Below, one piece after another: positions 1 to 9,607 of a stretch of DNA of 64,000 bases (position 1 is its first letter; every line of letters starts with the position of its first letter). The DNA comes from Nitrospirota bacterium. GTDB taxonomy: Bacteria > Nitrospirota > UBA9217. Where the stretch lies: contig OY760142.1 in the NCBI GenBank assembly GCA_963663225.1, positions 2,176,001 to 2,240,000 of the forward strand, given 5' to 3'. A model generated the notes under the pieces. That model searched no databases. It was not told where the DNA came from and was given only the letters and a program-made list of their open reading frames with translations. Both the position numbers and the translations under genes were made by a program.

Positions 1-1722
1 CCCGGTTCCTGGAATGGATTCGAGCTTACGGGGAAGAAGTTGGGTGGAGCCGGGTTTGCAACGTTCCGGCTCCGTGTCTTGCCGGGTCCTGCCAGGCACG
101 ACTTGGCATTGCACATCGGCTTGATAAATTCCGCTTATAAACTATGGGCGAACGGCAAATTGCTTCTTGAAAATGGCGTAATCGGTAAAAATGCAGCGGA
201 AGAAATTCCGATACAATCCTTTCAACAAGTCAAATTGCGGACCGAAAACCGACCGATCGAACTGGTGCTGCAGATATCCAACTTCCATGATCGTGAGGGG
301 GGTGTTATATCCCCGCTGCTTCTCGGACATCCGGACAAACTGGCTGCGCACTGGATGAAAGAGCGCTCTCTGACGCTGATCAGCATCGGCAGTCTCATGG
401 TTATGGGCGTGTATCATATTTTTTTGTACATTTTCCGCGCAAAGAACACGGCGCCGCTCTATTTCGGCATGTATTGCCTGCTCTGGATGGTGTTCTCCCT
501 GACCAACAATGCGAACGGCTGGCCGGTGCGTGTGCTTATCGGAGATATTCCCGCGTGGCTGTTAAACCGCATTGATATGATCTGCGTCGTAATTTCGGTT
601 CCCGTTATTTATGGATTCGTAAGATCCCTGTATCCTCTGGAGTTCTCTTTTCGGGTGCAGCAGGTGACATGGTTTGCGGCCTCAGTTTATCTGGTCCTCG
701 GGCTGCTCGCATCGACCATGATGTTTACTTCTTTCATATATCTTTATTACATTTTCTGCATGGCCCTGATATGCTACATGGTGATCATGCTGGGTGTGGC
801 AATACGAAGAGAGCGGGAAAGTGCATTCTATATTCTGTTGGGATTTCTTGGCTTGGGGCTCGTTTCCATCAACGACATGCTTTATGACCTTCAGGTGATC
901 CGGTCGGTATACCTTATGGAAGTAGGTATGCTCGGCTTTATTCTGCTTCAGGCGTGTGCGTTGTCCCGGCGATTTTCACGCGCCTTCTCCTCGGTAGAAC
1001 AGCTGTCAGGAGAACTGGGGGACAAGAATGTAATTCTGGAACGGGAGATTGTAGAGCGGACGAGGTTAGAACGGGAGATCATAAGCACGAGCGAAGAAGA
1101 ACGCCGCCGGATCAGCCGCGAACTTCATGACGGATTGTGCCAGAAACTGACCGGTGCCAGGCTGCAGTTTTCTGTACTGACGCGGAAGCTTGCAGGCGCA
1201 GATAAGAAAACCGCAGAACTGTCTTCTGTCTCATCACTGCTGGAGGAATCGGTCAATCAGGCATATGATCTGTCACGCGGTTTGTGGCCCGTGGAGCATG
1301 ATCCCCAGGGGACCAGTCCGTCACTGGAGAAGCTTGCCCGGCGACTGTCCGAGTCGAGCGGCATTGCCATTGAACTCAGCCAGAAGCAGGGCTGCGAAAA
1401 ATGTAAAAACACTGCCGTCATCCAGCTGTACCGGATAGCGCAGGAGGCAATCACGAACGCGGTAAAGCATGCCCGGCCGGAGAGAATCACGATCAATTTC
1501 GATTGTGCGGACAGAAAACAGATTACCCTCGCAATTCAGGATAACGGCATAGGCAGGAGTGCCGCAGCAGCGACGCGGGGAGGACTTGGTATCAGCATCA
1601 TGTATCATCGGGCGAGGATGATCGGCGGCGGATTGACAATTGCCGATGCGGACGACGGAGGAACCCTGGTCAGCTGCGTTGTGCCTTGTATAATGGGGAA
1701 GGGTGATGGTGAGGTGAGGTGA
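1..1722 (+). CDS. Membrane sensor histidine kinase (7TM-DISM-type input, HisKA_3/NarX-type kinase), 5'-truncated
   Basis: Frame is open from base 1 (PGSWNG...); about 7 hydrophobic helices; H-box EEERRRISRELHDGLCQ; N-box YRIAQEAITNAVKHA; G-boxes DNGIG and GLGI. Confidence 0.9.
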   Translation, partial: PGSWNGFELTGKKLGGAGFATFRLRVLPGPARHDLALHIGLINSAYKLWANGKLLLENGVIGKNAAEEIPIQSFQQVKLRTENRPIELVLQISNFHDREGGVISPLLLGHPDKLAAHWMKERSLTLISIGSLMVMGVYHIFLYIFRAKNTAPLYFGMYCLLWMVFSLTNNANGWPVRVLIGDIPAWLLNRIDMICVVISVPVIYGFVRSLYPLEFSFRVQQVTWFAASVYLVLGLLASTMMFTSFIYLYYIFCMALICYMVIMLGVAIRRERESAFYILLGFLGLGLVSINDMLYDLQVIRSVYLMEVGMLGFILLQACALSRRFSRAFSSVEQLSGELGDKNVILEREIVERTRLEREIISTSEEERRRISRELHDGLCQKLTGARLQFSVLTRKLAGADKKTAELSSVSSLLEESVNQAYDLSRGLWPVEHDPQGTSPSLEKLARRLSESSGIAIELSQKQGCEKCKNTAVIQLYRIAQEAITNAVKHARPERITINFDCADRKQITLAIQDNGIGRSAAAATRGGLGISIMYHRARMIGGGLTIADADDGGTLVSCVVPCIMGKGDGEVR

Positions 1723-1723
1723 A

Positions 1724-2362
1724 ATGAAGAACGCTAGGCTGAAAAAAACGAAGCGCATTTTCATGATTGACGATCATCCCGCGGTGCGGCAGGGAGTGAA
1801 GCTGTTGCTGGAACAGGAAGGCTACGTTGTCTGCGGCGAGGCAGGCAGCAGCGCTGAGGCAATGGCACGCATACAGTCCTCGCGCGCTGATCTGGCTTTG
1901 CTCGATATTTCCCTTGGAGAAGAGAACGGGCTTGCGTGCATTGCGGAGCTGCGCAAGCGAGGCATCAATGTACTGGTATATTCCATGCATGAAGATGCCG
2001 CCACGATTGACAAGGCCTTCGCCGCAGGAGCAGATGGATATGTTTCAAAGCGGGAACAGCCGGAGGTGCTGCTTGTGGCGCTTGGCGATGTTCTGGGAGG
2101 AAAGCGACACATCAGTCCGGCAACGGCCCAGAGTCTTGCGAAGAGGGTCCTTGCTTCGCCCGAAGCAGGTCGGGAATCCACGCTGAGTGAACGAGAAAAG
2201 CAGATCCTGCATCGGCTCGGCCGGGGCGAGTCAAATGCGGAAATAGCCGATGCCCTCGCAATCGGCGTGCGCACGGTGGAGACCTACTGCACCAGAATTA
2301 TCGAAAAACTCGAGTTGGACGGCATGAAAGAGCTCAGGCGCTACGCCATACAGAAGAAATAG
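1724..2362 (+). CDS. NarL/LuxR-family response regulator
   Basis: REC domain (IDDHPAVR, LLDISL, YVSK) plus LuxR HTH (LSEREKQIL...SNAEIADALAIGVRTVETY); starts 1 nt after the kinase stop. Confidence 0.93.
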   Translation: MKNARLKKTKRIFMIDDHPAVRQGVKLLLEQEGYVVCGEAGSSAEAMARIQSSRADLALLDISLGEENGLACIAELRKRGINVLVYSMHEDAATIDKAFAAGADGYVSKREQPEVLLVALGDVLGGKRHISPATAQSLAKRVLASPEAGRESTLSEREKQILHRLGRGESNAEIADALAIGVRTVETYCTRIIEKLELDGMKELRRYAIQKK

Positions 2363-2407
2363 TTATCTCTTTTAAAATACGCTCTCGTCTTCTTTCTTTT
2401 TCCCTGT

Positions 2408-2447
2408 CCGTAATTTCCCGTACAAAGAAACCGTAATTCTCCGTGCA
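2408..2447 (+). promoter_or_regulatory. Tandem 17-nt direct repeat, candidate operator of the adjacent NarL-type regulator
   Basis: CCGTAATTTCCCGTACA (2408) and CCGTAATTCTCCGTGCA (2431), 23-nt period, in the intergenic region upstream of the lipoprotein genes. Confidence 0.5.
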
Positions 2448-2567
2448 TACAAGTTTCATATTTTCATCTACTATTACAGCGCAGTTTTTTGCAGGATGAA
2501 TGTCTCAGGCTGTATTGTTAACCATCCCTTTACAATTCCGTTGTTTATACATGAGGAGAAAATTGCT

Positions 2568-3731
2568 ATGGCAAAGAGTTTTTTCATATTTTTTGCATCA
2601 GCAGCACTATGCAGTGTATTGTTGCTGGCCGGTTGCGGTGGCGGAAGCGGCAGCAGTAACAATACTATGAATGGGATTGCCCTCCCTCAAACAGGGCAGA
2701 TTATTTCTTATACCACTGACTCAACTGATGATGGTGGATTGCAAAAGGGTGTAGTCTGGCCGAGTCCCAGGTTTGCAGCTGTCAGCAGCGGCACCGGCAC
2801 GGTTGTCACTGACAGCCTTACCGGGCTGATGTGGGAAGCAGACGCGGGAACTCCGGCGTTCAGCAGCTGCACCGGGGGCGCGAAAACCTGGCAGGCTGCA
2901 TTGGATCGTATGACCTGCCTGAATGCCGGCAATTATCTCGGCCATAACGACTGGCGGCTGCCGAATATCAGGGAGCTCAGAAGTCTTGTTAATTACGGTC
3001 AGGACAATACGGCAACCTGGCTCAATACCCAGGGTTTCATCAATGTAATCCCCACCACCTACTGGGCGTCCACTACGAATGCGGGTGGTACGTCCATGGC
3101 GTGGTATGTCAGCATGTACAATGGCAGCACATCCGCCGACACCAAAACAGCCTCCTACCGCGTCTTGGCCGTGCGTACCGGACAGGATGTTGCCACGGCC
3201 GAAGTGGCCGCGACCGGCCAGCTCATATCCTACGGCACCGGACCGACGGATGACGGCGCATTGCGGAAGGGGGCGGCATGGCCGAATCCGAGATTTACCG
3301 TTGCGAGCAGCGGCACCGGCACCTTCGCGGGCACGGTCGTCACTGATAATCTTACAGGGCTCATGTGGGCGGGCGATGCGGGAATTCCAACGTTCGGCAG
3401 CTGCACCGGAAGCTATAAACTCTGGCAGGGCGCGCTGGATTATGTGGCATGCCTGAATGCCGGAAACTACCTCGGCCATAACGACTGGCGTCTGCCGAAC
3501 CTGGACGAACTGGAAAGCCTTGTCAACTATGAACGGGACAGCATGTCGAGCTGGCTGAACACGCAGGGTTTCAGTAATGCGCGAAATGCTTACTATTGGT
3601 CCTCAACCACGATCTGCCCAACCTGCTCTCTCACGATCGCGTGGTACGTCAGTATGTGGTCCGGCAACATATACTACACGTATAAAGAAACCGACTCGCG
3701 TTCCGTCTGGCCGGTCCGCGCCGGACGATAA
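2568..3731 (+). CDS. Lipoprotein with two DUF1566 (Lcl-type, C-type-lectin-like) domains
   Basis: AGGAG RBS before ATG 2568; lipobox LLAGC followed by a G/S linker; two copies of VTDxLTGLMW...GHNDWRLPNxxELxSLV...YW(A/S)ST...AW.V...V.AVR/VWPVR. Confidence 0.85.
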   Translation: MAKSFFIFFASAALCSVLLLAGCGGGSGSSNNTMNGIALPQTGQIISYTTDSTDDGGLQKGVVWPSPRFAAVSSGTGTVVTDSLTGLMWEADAGTPAFSSCTGGAKTWQAALDRMTCLNAGNYLGHNDWRLPNIRELRSLVNYGQDNTATWLNTQGFINVIPTTYWASTTNAGGTSMAWYVSMYNGSTSADTKTASYRVLAVRTGQDVATAEVAATGQLISYGTGPTDDGALRKGAAWPNPRFTVASSGTGTFAGTVVTDNLTGLMWAGDAGIPTFGSCTGSYKLWQGALDYVACLNAGNYLGHNDWRLPNLDELESLVNYERDSMSSWLNTQGFSNARNAYYWSSTTICPTCSLTIAWYVSMWSGNIYYTYKETDSRSVWPVRAGR

Positions 3732-3829
3732 ATTATTTGTTCGTTCCATTATTATCGAGCAGGAACAACTTAGTTCCATCTCCGGGTCTCTCGGTGTCGT
3801 GAGGGAGAGTGCCGGCAGAAACGAGTTCT

Positions 3830-4255
3830 ATGCAAAATATGAGCAATGATAAGGCAGCGCGCATTTTTCTCATCGACGATCATCCGGCGGTGCGGCAGGG
3901 GTTGCAGCTGCTGTTTGAACAAGAGGGCCACATCGTCTGCGGTGAGGCCGATGGCACTGCTGAAACTTTGGAGCGTATTAAGACGTCAGCGGCAGATCTG
4001 GCCCTGCTCGACATCTCCCTCGGTGAAGAGAACGGGTTTGCGTGCATCGCGGAGCTGCGCAATCGAAGCATCCCCGTGCTTGTGTACTCCATGCATGAAG
4101 ACGAAAACACCATTGACAGGGCATTTGACGCCGGGGCTGCCGGGTACGTTTCGAAGCGGGAACAGCCGGAGGTGCTGCTGGCTGCGGTGGCTGACGTTTT
4201 TGCGGGCAAGTGTCACGTCAGCCCCCGGGCGGTACGGAGCCTGAGAAGAACGTAA
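3830..4255 (+). CDS. Stand-alone receiver-domain protein, paralog of 1724-2362 lacking the HTH
   Basis: Near-identical REC motifs (DDHPAVRQG, DLALLDISLGEENG, YSMHED, YVSKREQPEVLL); ends at SPRAVRSLRRT* before the HTH; start is 3830 or 3839. Confidence 0.8.
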   Translation: MQNMSNDKAARIFLIDDHPAVRQGLQLLFEQEGHIVCGEADGTAETLERIKTSAADLALLDISLGEENGFACIAELRNRSIPVLVYSMHEDENTIDRAFDAGAAGYVSKREQPEVLLAAVADVFAGKCHVSPRAVRSLRRT

Positions 4256-4290
4256 GCCTGAGAACGGGATATAAAATAGAAGGGGAACAT

Positions 4291-6258
4291 ATGAAAGAGA
4301 TCGTCAACGAGGTATTCGCCTGCATGATAGTCGTGATCATGGGGCTGTCATCAATCGGTTGCAGCAGCAGCGGCAGCGGAGCCGCCGGCACGGCCCCAGT
4401 AACAAACTACTATCCACGCTTTGCCTACGTAGCGAACTACCTCGATAATACCATCTCAACGTATGCGATCGATTCGGCGACCGGCAGGATGAAATACATC
4501 GGCAAGGTCGCAGCAGGGTCGGGTCCGAATTCCGTCGCAATTGACCCTTCCGGCAAATATATCTATGCAGCGAACTATGCTTCCAATACCGTTACGCAGT
4601 ATACGATTGACGCTAATGGGGTGCTTGCGGCCATGACGCCGCCGAGCGTCTCGGCAGGGATGGGGCCTTATTCCGTCACGGTCGATCCCTCCGGCAAGTA
4701 TGTCTATGTTACGAATTGCGCCGACGGTACCGTTTCGCAGTATACGATCGGCGTCAACGGCGCGCTCACGGCCATGATACCGTCGAGCGTCCCTGCAGGG
4801 GCGAACCCCTATTCCGTCACGGTTGATCCCACAGGCAAATATGTTTATGTCGCAAATTTTGGCGCCAGCACCGTTTCGCAGTACACGATCGGCACCAACG
4901 GCGCGCTCACGGCTATGACGCCGTCGAGTATTCCGTCGGGAACAAATCCCTACTCCGTCACCATCGATCCGTCCGGCAAGTATGTCTATGTGGCAAACTA
5001 TCTTGCCAACACAGTCTCGCAGTATACAATCGGCGCCGGTGGTGGGCTTACGGCTATGACATCACCCAGTATCGCCGCAGGAACGGGCCCTTATGCTGCC
5101 GTTGTCGACCCGTCGGGGAAATATGCCTATACTGCGAATGGCGACAATAACACCGTCTCGCAGTATATTATCGGCACCAATGGCACACTCTCGTCCAATA
5201 CACCGGCAACGGCAGTGGCGCAGTCCTCGCCGACAGGCATTGTAATCAGCCGCGGTACGACAACGCACGCGGCCACGCCCAAGTACGCCTATGTGGCGAA
5301 TACCAACGGCAACAGCGTTTCGCAGTATGCAATCGCCGCAAGCGGTTCGTTTACGGCCTTGACGCCGGCGAGCATTGCGGCAGGGTCGTCCCCCGAATTC
5401 GTCACAACCGACCCGTTCGGCAGGTACGTTTACGTGGCGAATACCATGGACAACACTGTTTCGCAGTATACGATCGGTGCCGATGGTTCGCTTACGCCTA
5501 TGACGCCGCCAAGCGTCGCGGCGGGGACATACCCCGTCGCAGTTACGGTCGACCCGACGGGCAGGTATGCCTACGTGGCGAATTACTACACTATTTCGCA
5601 GTATACCATCGGCGTTGACGGCGCTCTGACGCCCATGACCCCGTCAGGCTTCTCGTCGTATGCTCCGTATTTTATTGCGGTACATCCGTCAGGCAAATAC
5701 GCCTATGTAACGAATCAAAGCGCCTATACCGTCTCGCAGTATACCATCGGCTCCAACGGTACGCTCACAGCCATGGGCACACCGACCATTGCAACAGAAG
5801 CAGTTCCCAAATTTATTGCCGTCGACCCCTCAGGAAAATACGCCTATGTGGCGAATTCAAACAGCAACACGGTTTCCCAGTATACTATCGACAGCAACGG
5901 AGCGCTCACGGCCATGACGCCGTCGAGCATCACTGCGGGGACGAGGCCCTATGGCGTCACGGTGGATCCATCCGGAAAGTATGTCTATGTTGCAAATATG
6001 ACCGGTTCTAATGTTTCACAGTATACCATTGGCGCCGACGGCGCGCTTACCCTGATCGGAACCATCGCGGCGGGTGCGTGGACCTATGCCGTCACGGTCG
6101 ATCCTTCGGGCAAGTATGCATACACGGCGAATAAAGGCACCGGCACTGTTTCGCAGTACACGATCGGCGCAGGTGGTGCGCTCACGCCCATGACGCCATC
6201 GGGGGTTGGAACAGGGAGTGATCCCGTTTCCGTTGTTACGGTGGGCGCCTATGAATAG
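4291..6258 (+). CDS. Lipoprotein with tandem lactonase/YVTN-like beta-propellers (about 13 blades, 6+7)
   Basis: Lipobox-like SIGC plus S/G linker; about 47-aa repeats P.SVTVDPSGKYVYVAN....TVSQYTIG.NGALTAMTP. Confidence 0.85.
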   Translation: MKEIVNEVFACMIVVIMGLSSIGCSSSGSGAAGTAPVTNYYPRFAYVANYLDNTISTYAIDSATGRMKYIGKVAAGSGPNSVAIDPSGKYIYAANYASNTVTQYTIDANGVLAAMTPPSVSAGMGPYSVTVDPSGKYVYVTNCADGTVSQYTIGVNGALTAMIPSSVPAGANPYSVTVDPTGKYVYVANFGASTVSQYTIGTNGALTAMTPSSIPSGTNPYSVTIDPSGKYVYVANYLANTVSQYTIGAGGGLTAMTSPSIAAGTGPYAAVVDPSGKYAYTANGDNNTVSQYIIGTNGTLSSNTPATAVAQSSPTGIVISRGTTTHAATPKYAYVANTNGNSVSQYAIAASGSFTALTPASIAAGSSPEFVTTDPFGRYVYVANTMDNTVSQYTIGADGSLTPMTPPSVAAGTYPVAVTVDPTGRYAYVANYYTISQYTIGVDGALTPMTPSGFSSYAPYFIAVHPSGKYAYVTNQSAYTVSQYTIGSNGTLTAMGTPTIATEAVPKFIAVDPSGKYAYVANSNSNTVSQYTIDSNGALTAMTPSSITAGTRPYGVTVDPSGKYVYVANMTGSNVSQYTIGADGALTLIGTIAAGAWTYAVTVDPSGKYAYTANKGTGTVSQYTIGAGGALTPMTPSGVGTGSDPVSVVTVGAYE

Positions 6259-6410
6259 GCCGGCCGCAGCATCCATGAGAAGGCGGTTACTCGTTTAATA
6301 CCCGCGCTTGCAGGCGACATGAGTCTTTACCGTCCGGGTGTTCATCTTGTCATTTTTGAGAATACTGATATACTACAAAAATTACATTGCAAGATAAAGG
6401 GCAGATAAAA

Positions 6411-7781
6411 ATGAAAAATAGACGATTGCATTTTTTACTAACAGTTTTTTTGTCCATTGTTTTCATAGCGGCATGCAGCGGGAACAATGAAGGCAAGACA
6501 GCAGCGGTTTTGATCAGCAGCATCACGGTCACTCCCCAACCTGTCGTAAGTTCGGCAACATTTACCGCATCGGTTTCCGTCGCATCCGGCGTGACACCGA
6601 GCTACCAGTGGAGTGTGAGCGGCATCACGGCCGGCACATCGAACAGCATAACCTGGACATCGCCGGGCATACCGGGGAATTACACGGTCAACCTGCTGGT
6701 GAGCGCGGCAACCGATACCGCGTCCCTGAGCACCACTATGACCGTTACCAGCAACAACCCGTGGCCGAAATTCCACCGCGATGCGCAGGCCACTGGCCTC
6801 AGCCCGGTCACATCGAACGCAACAGGCCATCTTAAGTGGAGCTACACGACAGGAGACTATATCGTCTGGTCTTCTCCGGCAATAGCTGCGGATGGTACCG
6901 TGTATGTGGGGTCGTATGACAACAGACTGTATGCGTTCACGTCCACCGGCGGCCTCAAATGGAGCTATCTTACGGGGGACTTCGTCTCATCTTCTCCTGC
7001 AATCGGCGCGGACGGGACCGTGTACACGGGATCGTGGGACGGCAAACTGTACGCCCTCAGAGCAGATGGTACCCTCAAGTGGAGCTATACGATAGGCGGA
7101 CGAGTTTCTTCTCCTGCCATCGGACCGGATGGAATGGTGTATGTGGGGTCGTGGGACGGCAAACTGTACGCCCTCAGAGCAGATGGTACCCTCAAGTGGA
7201 GCTATACGACAGGAGGCACCGTCTTTTCTACTCCTGCCATAGCCCCGGATGGGACCGTATATGTGGGATCGGATGACGCCAAGGTGTATGCGATCAAGCC
7301 TGATGGCACCCTCAAATGGACCTATACCACCGGACACTGGGTAGAGTCTTCAGCGGCGATAGCCCCGGATGGGACCGTGTACGTGGGGTCGTGTGATCGA
7401 AACCTTTATGCGTTTAACCCGGACGGCAGCCTTAAGTGGAGGTATACCGCGGCCGGTCCTGTTTATTCTTCCCCTGCCATAGGGTCGGATGGGACCGTAT
7501 ATGTGGGTTCGGATGACTACAATCTGTATGCGATCAAGTCCGACGGCAGTCTCAAGTGGAGCTACAATACGGGAGGCTCGGTTATTTCTTCTCCCGCTAT
7601 CGGCGCGGACGGGACGGTATACGTCGCCTCCTCCTCTCCCTATCTGTATGCGATCAGGTCCGACGGCAGCCTCAACTGGAGGTATGATATACTAACCATG
7701 GCCTATTCTTCTCCCGCCATAGGAGCGGATGGAACCGTGTACGTGGGGTCGTTTAACAGAAAGCTTTTTGCTATACAGTAA
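6411..7781 (+). CDS. Lipoprotein with PKD/Ig-like domain and 8-bladed PQQ-type (BamB-like) beta-propeller
   Basis: Lipobox IAAC; YQW...PGNYTV Ig-like segment; PWPKFHRD start of the propeller; eight SSPAIGxDGTVYVGSxD..LYA...DG.LKW repeats. Confidence 0.85.
   Translation: MKNRRLHFLLTVFLSIVFIAACSGNNEGKTAAVLISSITVTPQPVVSSATFTASVSVASGVTPSYQWSVSGITAGTSNSITWTSPGIPGNYTVNLLVSAATDTASLSTTMTVTSNNPWPKFHRDAQATGLSPVTSNATGHLKWSYTTGDYIVWSSPAIAADGTVYVGSYDNRLYAFTSTGGLKWSYLTGDFVSSSPAIGADGTVYTGSWDGKLYALRADGTLKWSYTIGGRVSSPAIGPDGMVYVGSWDGKLYALRADGTLKWSYTTGGTVFSTPAIAPDGTVYVGSDDAKVYAIKPDGTLKWTYTTGHWVESSAAIAPDGTVYVGSCDRNLYAFNPDGSLKWRYTAAGPVYSSPAIGSDGTVYVGSDDYNLYAIKSDGSLKWSYNTGGSVISSPAIGADGTVYVASSSPYLYAIRSDGSLNWRYDILTMAYSSPAIGADGTVYVGSFNRKLFAIQ
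7032..7209 (+). repeat. Identical 61-nt direct repeat in adjacent propeller blades
   Basis: TCGTGGGACGGCAAACTGTACGCCCTCAGAGCAGATGGTACCCTCAAGTGGAGCTATACGA at 7032-7092 and 7149-7209. Confidence 0.9.
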
Positions 7782-7788
7782 AGTATCA

Positions 7789-7818
7789 GCCGGCAAGGAT
7801 AAATTCTTGCCGGCATTT
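7789..7818 (+). terminator. Putative intrinsic terminator
   Basis: GCCGGCAAGGA-taaat-TCTTGCCGGC hairpin followed by ATTT, just after the stop at 7781. Confidence 0.6.
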
Positions 7819-7956
7819 CCGTATTATTATAAAGAACAAAGCGATTAGCTGTATTCCTTCACGACATCTCCTTTATGCACTTCTCAATCCACTGCCGCGT
7901 TTGCCTCCTCTTCGCGGAGCATCTTTTCTGCAGGGAGTCATCTTCCCGTTGCCTGA

Positions 7957-8011
7957 TGTAACCGAACTGTAACCCAACAGTAATGCTCGTGTAATCCATA
8001 CCTGTTACATT
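7957..8011 (+). promoter_or_regulatory. Pho-box/OmpR-type array (4 x 11-bp period) plus extended -10
   Basis: TGTAAC 7957, TGTAAC 7968, AGTAAT 7979, TGTAAT 7990; 10 nt later TACATT (8006) preceded by TGn. Confidence 0.65.
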
Positions 8012-8073
8012 TCTGTATATTGTCATTTAACCAGCAACCAGCTTGATTAGTCCAAATTGATTGGAGATGCTGC

Positions 8074-9522
8074 GTGAAAAATAAATACGGCGGTATTCGC
8101 ATCAAAACGATTTCATTCATTGAGCCGGGCGCGCCCGGCCTCCATATCTTCAGGAAATATCCTATACCCCGGCTTGGAGCGGTGCTGCTGGCAACGATTC
8201 TCAAAGAGCGAGGCTATGAGGTTAGAGTTTTCATCGAAGACATTGCCGAGCCTGACTGGTCGTACATTGAAAACTCGGACGTTGTCTGCATATCCACGAT
8301 CACGTCCACGGCAAACAAAGCGTACGCCCTGGGAAAACGTCTGCGGAATATCGGCATTCCCGTGGTCATGGGCGGCGCGCATGCCACGTTTCTCCCTGAC
8401 GAAGCGCTGGATCATGCAGATTTTGTTATACGGGGTGAAGGGGAGCAATCTCTCGGAGAGCTGCTTGAGTGTCTGGAAACTGGCACTTCAGGATTGGGGC
8501 ATATTAGCGGCCTTTCCTATAAAGACAATGAGGGAAGAAATATTCACAACCCTTCCGGCGAGTTCATACAAAATCTTGATGATCTTCCGATTCCCGATTT
8601 TTCACTCGTCCATGGCTGGAACACGAACACGCCGTACCCTGTCTCCACATCGCGGGGCTGCCCGTTCGCTTGCAGTTTCTGCTCCGTCATCAATATGTTC
8701 GGCCGAAAATATCGTTTTAAATCCGTTGAGGGGTCCCTGAGTGAACTGCGTCATGCGTCATCAGTGTCCCAGGCGACGAAGTTCATTGTGGACGACAATT
8801 TTGCTGCGCATCCGGAAAGGACGAAAGCAATCCTGCAGGGGATGATTGCAGAGGAGATCAAGACTTCATGGTCGGCGCAAGTAAGGGTGGACGTTGCAAA
8901 GGACGAGGAACTTCTGCGTTTGATGGCAGAGTCGGGATGCTATACGCTGTTTATAGGGTTCGAATCCATAAATCCGCGCACGCTTGCGGCATACAATAAA
9001 AAACAGAATAAACAGGACATTGTTTCATGCATTCGATCTGTTCAGAGTCACGGCATCCATATTCACGGTATGTTTGTTTTCGGCGCTGATACCGATGATG
9101 TCGGCACGATTCGGGATACGGCTGCTTTTGCGACCGATCTCGGCATTGACACGGTGCAGTTCATGATTCTCACACCGCTTCCGGGAACGACATTTTATGC
9201 CGACATGGAAAAAAGCGGGAGACTGATGCACAAAGACTGGAGCAAATACGATTCCCATCATGTGGTCTTTACTCCTTTATTGCTTTCTCATTCGATTCTG
9301 CAGACTGAAACGTTCAGGGCAATGGGACGCTTTTATACCTGGAAACATATTTTCAGATATTTAATACGATTGGAGTTTCAGTATGCTGCTATAGGACTGT
9401 TCGGTAAAACGGCAGTGAACAAATTCCTAAAATCATCAGATCGATATCTTGCTGACATGACGAGGCGGTTTAAAAATCCTGACTGTACAGAAATGCGTGA
9501 AGGTGATTTTTCCGGAAAATGA
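8074..9522 (+). CDS. Cobalamin-binding radical SAM protein
   Basis: B12-binding VVMGGAHAT; SRGCPFACSFC CxxxCxxC motif; DDNF, GFES, LTPLPGT; GTG start with GGAG RBS. Confidence 0.9.
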   Translation: MKNKYGGIRIKTISFIEPGAPGLHIFRKYPIPRLGAVLLATILKERGYEVRVFIEDIAEPDWSYIENSDVVCISTITSTANKAYALGKRLRNIGIPVVMGGAHATFLPDEALDHADFVIRGEGEQSLGELLECLETGTSGLGHISGLSYKDNEGRNIHNPSGEFIQNLDDLPIPDFSLVHGWNTNTPYPVSTSRGCPFACSFCSVINMFGRKYRFKSVEGSLSELRHASSVSQATKFIVDDNFAAHPERTKAILQGMIAEEIKTSWSAQVRVDVAKDEELLRLMAESGCYTLFIGFESINPRTLAAYNKKQNKQDIVSCIRSVQSHGIHIHGMFVFGADTDDVGTIRDTAAFATDLGIDTVQFMILTPLPGTTFYADMEKSGRLMHKDWSKYDSHHVVFTPLLLSHSILQTETFRAMGRFYTWKHIFRYLIRLEFQYAAIGLFGKTAVNKFLKSSDRYLADMTRRFKNPDCTEMREGDFSGK

Positions 9523-9553
9523 ACTTAACCGGCATAGCCGCTAAAAAAATAAT

Positions 9554-9586
9554 TGTAATAATATTGTAACAATTTGCTGCTATGAT
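9554..9586 (+). promoter_or_regulatory. Pho-box-like pair plus extended -10
   Basis: TGTAAT 9554 and TGTAAC 9565 (11-bp period); 10 nt later TATGAT (9581) preceded by TGn. Confidence 0.65.
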
Positions 9587-9607
9587 TCAACCAAACAGGA
9601 GGCACTT

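Noticed and set aside
4400-7780. Periodic 120-140-bp repeats as a non-coding array
   Set aside because: Fully explained by beta-propeller blades within long ORFs.
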